A stretch of DNA of 33,652 nucleotides, from positions 1 to 33,652 of the IMG/VR virus record IMGVR_UViG_3300027362_000020; one strand, written 5' to 3'. The translations under genes were made by a program, and so were the position numbers. Below are positions 1-6,308 of the stretch, in pieces (position 1 is the stretch's first letter; each line of letters begins with the position of its first letter). Source of the stretch: a virus. Lineage: Duplodnaviria > Caudoviricetes. The notes under the pieces are model-generated. The model saw only the letters and a program-made list of their open reading frames with translations, did no database searches and was not told where the DNA came from.

Positions 1-58
1 GCATGATAAAACTATATTGGTAAATTGACGAGTTTTATTAAAAAGGATTAGATAATTT

Positions 59-490
59 ATGGAATATGAAAGCAAAGACCTTTGTTTTACAAAATCTATA
101 GAGGGATTCCCAGGATATTTAATCTGCAAAGACGGAAGGGTGGTTTCTTTATCCAAAAGGATCCATCAAAGCCCGACTCAATCAAGAATCGTTCGGGGAA
201 AGTTTTTTAAACTTCGCCCCAATAGATATGGATATTGTCAGGTTAACTTAGGTCCATCAAAAAGCTCTAAAAGAGTATATGTTCATCGATTGGTTGCCGA
301 GGCATTTATTCCAAATCCAGAAAATAAGAAAGACGTTAATCATAAAAATGGTATTAAAACAGATAATAGAATTGAAAATCTTGAATGGGTCACGAGATCT
401 GAAAACTGTTTACATTATTATAGAATATTAGGCGGGAGGCCGCATGGAAAGTATAGAGGGGAGTCAGATGGAAGTCTTTATAAAATGTAA
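59..490 (+). CDS. NUMOD4/HNH homing endonuclease
   Basis: N-terminal IEGFPGYLICKDGRVVS (NUMOD4-like); VHRLVAEAF...VNHKNGIKTDNRIENLEWVTRSEN (HNH_3 motif). Confidence 0.9.
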   Translation: MEYESKDLCFTKSIEGFPGYLICKDGRVVSLSKRIHQSPTQSRIVRGKFFKLRPNRYGYCQVNLGPSKSSKRVYVHRLVAEAFIPNPENKKDVNHKNGIKTDNRIENLEWVTRSENCLHYYRILGGRPHGKYRGESDGSLYKM

Positions 491-1835
491 AGGATCTGGC
501 GAAATGCGGTTGGATGATATGGTTCCTTTTCAAGGTGGACTAAAAGACCTTAGCGAAAAGAACTATTTCAAATTAAGAAAATCAATTTTGGAGAAAGGTT
601 ATATTTCTCCCTTTTTCCTCTGGGAAGATAAGGTTGCAGATGGGCATCAAAGACTTCGCACTCTTTTAAAAATGCGCGAAGAAGGAATCGCCATGCCCGA
701 AATGTTTCCTATAGTTAAAATAGAAGCACCAGATGAAAAAACAGCAAAAAAAATAATTCTAGCCATATCCTCTCAGTATGGAACCTTGGGGAAACAAAAT
801 TTATATGAGTTTATTTCGGAAATAAATATGGACTTTCCAGAATTGGATTCGGCGTATGAATTTGATGCGATAGATTTTCCGGACTTCGAGCGTGAATACT
901 TTAATGAAACTCCCGGAACAATTGAGGGTGAAGATTCCATTCCAGAAGATGCCCCGACTATTTCAAAGCTGGGGGATATTTGGCATTTGGGGAATCATAA
1001 AATAATGTGCGCTGATTGTACGGTTGGGGAAAATGTTAAGAGGTTAATGGGGAATGAAAAAGCAAAAATATTATTCACCTCGCCGCCTTATTCAGATCAG
1101 AGAGGCTATGAAGGGGCCAATGTTGATGTAGATTTTTTAATAAATTTCATCCCCACATGGAGTGATTTTACAGAATTATTTTTTATTAATCTTGGAATGA
1201 AAAGGAAAGATCATTCTATTATACCCTATTGGAATCAATATTTAGAAACCGCATATAAATCAAATTTAAAATTACTCTCTTGGTTAATTTGGGATAAAGG
1301 AGAGGCCGGATCTGTGACCAACATGACAACCATGTTTTCAATCGAGCATGAATGGATATTTGTCTTAGGCAAAAATCCTATCAAATTGAATAAGACGGAG
1401 ATATGTAAAATGGGAGGCATGGAAGCCAGCAATTCAGTAAGGGAAAAAGATGGAATCATAACCCCGAGAGGTAATTTTGTAGTAGATAATTTTAAACAGA
1501 TGGGAACCGTCATACGTCAATCCCCTCAAAAAGGTAAAAGACTAAGCATGGAGCATCCTGCCGTTTTCCCTATGAAGTTGCCCGAAAAATTTATTTTAGC
1601 TGCCACTAATGAAAAAGATTTAATCATTGACCCATTTCTAGGATACGGAACAACTTTAATCGCTTCTGAAAAAACTAACCGCAAATGTTTCGGGGTGGAA
1701 ATTTCTGAAAGATATTGTGATTTAACAGTTCAAAGATTCGCCGACTTCACCCACCAATCCGATAATATTTATTTGGAAAGGGACGGGGAAAAAATCCCCT
1801 ACTCCGCTCTGGTTGACTTAAATCCTATCCTATAA
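468..1835 (+). CDS. ParB-like N-terminal domain fused to a beta-class DNA methyltransferase (probably N4-cytosine)
   Basis: DGHQRL ParB/Srx motif. TSPPY (motif IV) precedes DPFLGYGTT (motif I). ATG 468 has GAGGGGAG upstream, so it is preferred over the ORF-track start at 444. Typical pre-terminase position. Confidence 0.85.
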   Translation: MEVFIKCKGSGEMRLDDMVPFQGGLKDLSEKNYFKLRKSILEKGYISPFFLWEDKVADGHQRLRTLLKMREEGIAMPEMFPIVKIEAPDEKTAKKIILAISSQYGTLGKQNLYEFISEINMDFPELDSAYEFDAIDFPDFEREYFNETPGTIEGEDSIPEDAPTISKLGDIWHLGNHKIMCADCTVGENVKRLMGNEKAKILFTSPPYSDQRGYEGANVDVDFLINFIPTWSDFTELFFINLGMKRKDHSIIPYWNQYLETAYKSNLKLLSWLIWDKGEAGSVTNMTTMFSIEHEWIFVLGKNPIKLNKTEICKMGGMEASNSVREKDGIITPRGNFVVDNFKQMGTVIRQSPQKGKRLSMEHPAVFPMKLPEKFILAATNEKDLIIDPFLGYGTTLIASEKTNRKCFGVEISERYCDLTVQRFADFTHQSDNIYLERDGEKIPYSALVDLNPIL

Positions 1836-1847
1836 GACAATAAATTT

Positions 1848-2234
1848 ATGCTAGATAAAACCAAACCCGAAAATAAAATGGGACCACCTACCAGGGATTT
1901 CAACTGGGAAGTATTTTATAAATATTTAAAAACCAAGCCCACCCTTGCCGATGCCTCGGAATTTATGTCCACCGAAGGAAATAATATTTCCGAAGATACC
2001 ATTGCAAGAAGGGTAAGAGAAAAACACGACTGCACTTACGCGGAACTTAGAGAGAAAAAAATGGCAGGGGTGCGCAGGGCACTTGTCCAGAAGGCGCTAG
2101 ATATGGCACTGAATGGCGGCAATGCTACCATGCTAATCTTTTCCCTAAAGAACCTTTGTGGCTGGCGGGATATTCCAATTGAAGAGGAAGACGAAGATAT
2201 TCCTTTAAAAATTAAATTTAAAAAGTATGGGTGA
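1848..2234 (+). CDS. Small HTH / terminase-small-subunit-like protein
   Basis: HTH-like LADASEFM...ISEDTIARRVRE. C-terminal ALNGGNATMLIFSLKNLCGWRD resembles phage TerS-like proteins. Located before the terminase. Confidence 0.5.
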   Translation: MLDKTKPENKMGPPTRDFNWEVFYKYLKTKPTLADASEFMSTEGNNISEDTIARRVREKHDCTYAELREKKMAGVRRALVQKALDMALNGGNATMLIFSLKNLCGWRDIPIEEEDEDIPLKIKFKKYG

Positions 2235-2646
2235 GCGTGGTCGCGGGAGTTCTGATCTTCATTCCCTAAGATTAAGATCCGCCGAGCGTATAACCCCTCC
2301 TGCTGAGATATCGGAATCTGCTAAAGAGGTCTGGGATTCGATTGTAAACTCCCTTCCTGCAAATCATTTTGTGGAATCGGATTGCGCCTTACTTCATACT
2401 TATTGTGAGGCTTATGTTAATTGTTTGATAGCCCTGGATAAACTTAAGACCGCTAAGTGGGTTTATAAAGATATTAAGGGAATTGAGCAGCGGAGCAAGT
2501 GGATCGATGTTCTAAAAAGCCAGCAAACTTCTATGGCGCTCCTTGCGACAAAACTTATGATCTGTCCATCTTCCCGCATCGATGACATTCACCATAACCC
2601 AATGGTAAAACCAAAGTCTAAGCGCGAAGATTTAATCAATGGTTAA
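2227..2646 (+). CDS. terS: Terminase small subunit, P27 family
   Basis: PPAEISESAKEVWDSIV, DCALLHTYCEAY and KLMICPSSR fit the P27 family pattern; overlaps the terL start. Confidence 0.85.
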   Translation: MGERGRGSSDLHSLRLRSAERITPPAEISESAKEVWDSIVNSLPANHFVESDCALLHTYCEAYVNCLIALDKLKTAKWVYKDIKGIEQRSKWIDVLKSQQTSMALLATKLMICPSSRIDDIHHNPMVKPKSKREDLING

Positions 2647-4231
2647 AAAGAAAATTAAATTATCTCTCCCAGAGAAAATGATTAAGTTTATAGAAACCCT
2701 TCGCCAACCTACAGGGGACGGAGTCGGATCCCCCATGAAGCTAATGGATTTCCAAAAGGAAATGATCCGGGAAGTTTATGGCCCCTTAAATCCGCAGGGA
2801 TATAGAATAGTCAACGAGGCGGTGCTTTCCATCGGTAGGAAAAACGGCAAGAGTTCCCTTTGCTCCGCAATTGTTTTATGCCATTTCTTTCTGCCGGAGC
2901 TCTCCATTACCAATCAGGAAATATTACTTCTCGCTTGGACCCGCGAACAATGTGGAGCTTTATTTAAATCAATTGCGGAATTTATTAAATTAGATACCGA
3001 GCTAATCCACGACTTTTCTATTTCCGATTCCAGAAAAATAATAAAGCATATAGGATCAGGCGGTGAGTGCCGGATAGAGAGTGCTGAAGCGGCGTCATTA
3101 CACGGGAGAAACCCCTCACTTGTTTTAATCGATGAGATTGGAAACTTCTCCGCAGAGAAGGCCAGAGAAATTTATTCCGTTGTCACTACCGGCTTCGGTG
3201 CCAGGAAAGAATCTTTAGTTTGGTTACTCTCAACCCAATCCGCCTCCGACAATCACATTTTTTCCGAGAAGGTTGATTATGTAAAAATGGTCAATCGAGG
3301 GGAGATAACCGATCCAAGAATAAAAGGATTTGTTTATGAAGTTCCAGATGAGCTAGACGCTTGGGATGAAAAAAATTGGATACTTGCTAACCCAGGACTT
3401 GATGTAATTAGGTCCAGGGATGAAATGAGGAAGAAAGCAGACGAGGCGAAAAGATTGCCCGCCCAGGAAGCATTCTTTCGGCAACTCTTTCTAAATCAAC
3501 GGGTGGATAGCTTCACCCCTTTTATTACTAAATCTTTATGGCAGAAAAATAATCATAGAGTTGAAATAGAAAAGTTAATCGGGAGGCCTTGCTACGGAGG
3601 GCTTGACCTTTCGGCGAAAACCGATTTAACTGCTTTCGTTTTAATATTTCCAGATGATAACGACCCCGCAAAATTTGATGTTCAATCTTTTTTCTGGAAA
3701 CCCCATGATACTTTAAGAGATCATAGCTTGAGGGACCGGGTACCTTTTGAGACTTGGCATAAGCAAGGATGGCTTTTTACCACGCCTGGAAATAGCATTT
3801 CATACGACTACGTTGCCAAACAAATTTATGATCTCTCACAAAAATATAATATCAAGGGAATACATTATGACAGATGGGGGATGACCACCATGAAAAGCGC
3901 ACTCGACTCCATCGGGTGCCCAACTCCACTCGAACCATGCGGGCAAGGCTTCAAAGATATGGGCCCTTGCTGTAATATTTTAGAAGAATTAATTTTAGAT
4001 GCCAGACTTCGGGCGGGGCTTAATCCAGTTCTCACCTGGTGTGTGGCCAATACTGTGGTTATATCGGATCCTGCCGGTTCCAGGAAATTTGATAAGGCAC
4101 GCAGCTTTGGCCGTATCGACGGAACCTTAGGATTATCAATGGCGCTTCGTTTGTGGGAATTACAGCGGCATAACGCTACTTCCTGCTATGATGACCCCGC
4201 TTTTATCGCCTATATGACCGGTTCTGCCTAA
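2639..4231 (+). CDS. terL: Terminase large subunit
   Basis: Walker A GRKNGKS, Walker B VLIDE, ANPGL, nuclease motifs GGLDLSAKTDLTA, YDRW and RIDG. Confidence 0.97.
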   Translation: MVKKKIKLSLPEKMIKFIETLRQPTGDGVGSPMKLMDFQKEMIREVYGPLNPQGYRIVNEAVLSIGRKNGKSSLCSAIVLCHFFLPELSITNQEILLLAWTREQCGALFKSIAEFIKLDTELIHDFSISDSRKIIKHIGSGGECRIESAEAASLHGRNPSLVLIDEIGNFSAEKAREIYSVVTTGFGARKESLVWLLSTQSASDNHIFSEKVDYVKMVNRGEITDPRIKGFVYEVPDELDAWDEKNWILANPGLDVIRSRDEMRKKADEAKRLPAQEAFFRQLFLNQRVDSFTPFITKSLWQKNNHRVEIEKLIGRPCYGGLDLSAKTDLTAFVLIFPDDNDPAKFDVQSFFWKPHDTLRDHSLRDRVPFETWHKQGWLFTTPGNSISYDYVAKQIYDLSQKYNIKGIHYDRWGMTTMKSALDSIGCPTPLEPCGQGFKDMGPCCNILEELILDARLRAGLNPVLTWCVANTVVISDPAGSRKFDKARSFGRIDGTLGLSMALRLWELQRHNATSCYDDPAFIAYMTGSA

Positions 4232-4248
4232 CTTTTAGACACTTTTAC

Positions 4249-4277
4249 TTGACTATATTGCGCTTTTGCCATACTTT
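4249..4277 (+). promoter_or_regulatory. Putative sigma70 promoter for the brnT/brnA pair
   Basis: TTGACT (4249-4254), 17 bp spacer, TACTTT (4272-4277), upstream of ATG 4293. Confidence 0.55.
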
Positions 4278-4292
4278 TGGCAATATCCATCC

Positions 4293-4574
4293 ATGCAATT
4301 TGATTGGGATCCTAAAAAAAATATTAAGAATATCCTCGAGCATAGGGTTGATTTCGAGGATGCTAAAGAAGTTTTTGAGGATCCTTATCGGCTAACCTTC
4401 AATTCGGATTCTAGACATTCTACATTGGAGTGCCGAGAAGTATGCATCGGTAAAATTGATGATGGAATTTGCACAGTGAGATTTGTTAGAAGAAATAATA
4501 TAATAAGAATAATAGGCGCCGGGTTTTGGCGAAAAGAAAGGAGGATTTATGAAGAAAAAAATAAAATACACTAA
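4293..4574 (+). CDS. brnT: BrnT family (DUF497) ribonuclease toxin
   Basis: MQFDWDPKKNIKNILEHRVDFEDAKEVFEDP...E.R..CIG...IRIIGA...RKERRIYE. ATG 4293 preferred over TTG 4266. Confidence 0.88.
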   Translation: MQFDWDPKKNIKNILEHRVDFEDAKEVFEDPYRLTFNSDSRHSTLECREVCIGKIDDGICTVRFVRRNNIIRIIGAGFWRKERRIYEEKNKIH

Positions 4575-4788
4575 CGGTCCAATTGGAAAATGGAAAATGG
4601 TCGAGGATACCTTGCCACCACCAGAGGAATTTCTAGCAGGTTCTGGCCCTGGAAAAAAGATAACTCTGGCATTGGACGAAGAGACTATTAATCTTTTTAA
4701 GGGATTTACTAAGGCAAATAAAAGGTCTTATCAGAAATTAATCCGATTGGTACTTTGGCGATATGCTAAAGCAAATTTCCATGGGTAG
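4549..4788 (+). CDS. brnA: BrnA/CopG-like (RHH) antitoxin
   Basis: LPPPEE...KKITLALDEETINLFK...YQKLIRLVL; overlaps the toxin gene; AAGGAGG RBS. Confidence 0.82.
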   Translation: MKKKIKYTNGPIGKWKMVEDTLPPPEEFLAGSGPGKKITLALDEETINLFKGFTKANKRSYQKLIRLVLWRYAKANFHG

Positions 4789-4945
4789 GTATCTTTACAT
4801 CCTCCCCAATATCATATCCCTAATCACCTTTTGCTTTTTATATGCAAGCAAAATCCCCTCCCATTGGTATGAGTGGATGCTGGTGGTTTTGATAGTGGGG
4901 AATGTTTTGGGGTTGAGGGTGAGGATTAGGAAGAAAGTCAAATAA
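4781..4945 (+). CDS. Small two-TM membrane protein
   Basis: Two hydrophobic stretches and a basic C-terminus; ATG 4781 overlaps the end of brnA. Confidence 0.5.
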   Translation: MGRYLYILPNIISLITFCFLYASKIPSHWYEWMLVVLIVGNVLGLRVRIRKKVK

Positions 4946-4948
4946 TTC

Positions 4949-4979
4949 TTGACGCTTTAAATCTTCTTCTATATATATT
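4949..4979 (+). promoter_or_regulatory. Putative promoter for the HNH / RAMP gene / array unit
   Basis: TTGACG (4949-4954) followed by TATATATT (4972-4979), just before ATG 4985. Confidence 0.4.
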
Positions 4980-4984
4980 CCACG

Positions 4985-5398
4985 ATGCATCAAAGCCATA
5001 TAAAAGGCAGACCTCGAAAGAAGCAAAGAGAGGACTGGATTGAATTCCGACAAATAATAATTGACCGAGACAAATTCTGTCTTGGGTGTCATTCCATTGA
5101 AAATTTACAAGTTCACCATAATTCTTATGCCAATTTCAATGAAGAGAAATTGGAAGAATTGGGGACTTTTTGTAAACCCTGTCATACCGCAATAACTAGT
5201 TCTTTGAGAGAAAGAAGATATCTAATAACAAGGAGAAGATTAAATGGTAAAAAAACTGAAATTAAAGTTAATAGGAGTCGCCCCCCTAATAACGCACAAC
5301 AACCAAGGGGTGGATCCGCTAAACGAGTACGCAAAAGCAATAAAACAAATCTCTGGAAAAAAGCAAAAGACGGAGGCCGATCTTTACGAATTAGGTAG
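4985..5398 (+). CDS. HNH endonuclease (Zn-binding)
   Basis: RDKFCLGC...LQVHHNSY...L.TFCKPCH; the last 155 nt overlap the next gene. Confidence 0.8.
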   Translation: MHQSHIKGRPRKKQREDWIEFRQIIIDRDKFCLGCHSIENLQVHHNSYANFNEEKLEELGTFCKPCHTAITSSLRERRYLITRRRLNGKKTEIKVNRSRPPNNAQQPRGGSAKRVRKSNKTNLWKKAKDGGRSLRIR

Positions 5399-5819
5399 AT
5401 TGGAGTTTGAATCTGGTCTGTATATAAACGAAAAAGACCAAGTGATTCTACCTTCTAAGATTTTCGAGGGAATGCTTATTAATGGGGCCAAAAAGTTTAA
5501 AGAAGGACCAGCAGCGAAAGCGGGTGCCTTTGTCGAGGAAGATTCCTTACTGGAATTTAAAGATATGAAAACAAAAGGACAAAATCTTTTTGAAAAAAAA
5601 GAATATGTCTTTAGGGCCCCCGTAAAAGTTCAACAATCAACCATTATAAGAACTAGACCCATTTTTAATAAATGGTCCACAACTTTTGAAGTTCAATTTT
5701 TCCCGGATGTTTGTCAAAAAGAACAAATAATTAAATGGATTGAAAGGGCAGGAGAAGTTGTAGGAGCAGGAGATTATCGTCCTAGATACGGGAGATTTAC
5801 CGTTCAAGTTTTGAAATGA
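5244..5819 (+). CDS. Stand-alone RAMP/Cas7-like RNA-binding protein (Vipr-like), associated with the downstream pentamer array
   Basis: RAMP-like layout: N-terminal strand LKLIGVAPLITHN, ILPSKIFEGMLINGA helix motif, RTRPIF..W, C-terminal Gly-rich loop VGAGDYRPRYGRFTV. AGGAG RBS at 5231-5235. No other cas genes in the window. Confidence 0.75.
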   Translation: MVKKLKLKLIGVAPLITHNNQGVDPLNEYAKAIKQISGKKQKTEADLYELGRLEFESGLYINEKDQVILPSKIFEGMLINGAKKFKEGPAAKAGAFVEEDSLLEFKDMKTKGQNLFEKKEYVFRAPVKVQQSTIIRTRPIFNKWSTTFEVQFFPDVCQKEQIIKWIERAGEVVGAGDYRPRYGRFTVQVLK

Positions 5820-5823
5820 TCTG

Positions 5824-5893
5824 GATTTGGCGCGGTCGGATAGGCTTCGGCATGGCAAGGTTTGTCTCGGCTTGCTAGGGTTCCGCAGGGTTC
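5824..5893 (+). ncRNA. Putative guide RNA unit 1 (14 pentamers)
   Basis: GATtt GGCgc GGTcg GATag GCTtc GGCat GGCaa GGTtt GTCtc GGCtt GCTag GGTtc CGCag GGTtc. Confidence 0.65.
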
Positions 5894-5930
5894 GGATTTT
5901 TATTTTAAAATCGGAAAACTTTTATCCCAC

Positions 5931-6015
5931 GATGTGGCTGGGTGTGGTTCCGTCCGGTTCGGTTTGGTGCTGTGTGATTTGGCGCGATTCGGTCTGGCAT
6001 GGCTCGGTAGGGTAA
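5931..6015 (+). ncRNA. Putative guide RNA unit 2 (17 pentamers)
   Basis: GATgt GGCtg GGTgt GGTtc CGTcc GGTtc GGTtt GGTgc TGTgt GATtt GGCgc GATtc GGTct GGCat GGCtc GGTag GGTaa. Confidence 0.65.
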
Positions 6016-6050
6016 GGATTTATTTTTAAATTGAAACCCACTATTCATAG

Positions 6051-6130
6051 GGTCCGACTTGATTTGGTCGGGTGGTGTATGGTCAGGTGCGCTCAGCTTG
6101 TGTCGGGTTTGATGTGGTTTGGTCAGGTGA
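6051..6130 (+). ncRNA. Putative guide RNA unit 3 (16 pentamers)
   Basis: GGTcc GACtt GATtt GGTcg GGTgg TGTat GGTca GGTgc GCTca GCTtg TGTcg GGTtt GATgt GGTtt GGTca GGTga. Confidence 0.65.
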
Positions 6131-6164
6131 GGATTTATTTTAAAAACGAAACATTTTATCCTGA

Positions 6165-6239
6165 GGCTAGGTGTGATGTGATTTGCTAAGGCAGGATTCG
6201 ATATGGCATGGTCTGGTTTGGCGCGATGTGGTTCGGTAA
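6165..6239 (+). ncRNA. Putative guide RNA unit 4 (15 pentamers)
   Basis: GGCta GGTgt GATgt GATtt GCTaa GGCag GATtc GATat GGCat GGTct GGTtt GGCgc GATgt GGTtc GGTaa. Confidence 0.65.
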
Positions 6240-6243
6240 ATAG

Positions 6244-6269
6244 GGGAGGGCTTTTGCTCTCCCTTTTTT
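6244..6269 (+). terminator. Intrinsic terminator closing the array
   Basis: GGGAGGGC-TTTT-GCTCTCCC stem-loop followed by TTTTTT. Confidence 0.85.
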
Positions 6270-6308
6270 CCTATTTAATTCCTTCTAATTATACTTTAAA
6301 CTATCGGC

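Larger units (their letters stand above)
5824..6239 (+). repeat. Array of four phased GGY-NN pentamer tracts separated by three conserved ~35 nt AT-rich linkers
   Basis: 62 pentamers counted by hand. 38 start GGY and the other 24 are one substitution from GGY. Position 3 is always a pyrimidine; positions 4-5 vary. Confidence 0.93.

Noticed and set aside
2657-2700. Unit 1 decode resembling the terL N-terminus KLSLPEKMIKF
   Set aside because: Only 4 of 14 dinucleotides match; too weak
5827-6015. 62 aa ORF MARSDRLRHG... in the ORF track
   Set aside because: Lies on the pentamer array. It has a TTG start, no RBS and odd G/V/W/R composition; 5 nt periodicity is not a coding signature.
5824-6239. 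Canonical CRISPR array
   Set aside because: The linkers are degenerate, the intervening 70-85 nt segments have internal 5 nt periodicity, and there are no cas1/cas2 or other cas genes
5824-6239. Simple microsatellite or slippage repeat
   Set aside because: Variation is concentrated at pentamer positions 4-5, tract lengths are similar, phase is kept without indels, and the tracts are bounded by conserved linkers
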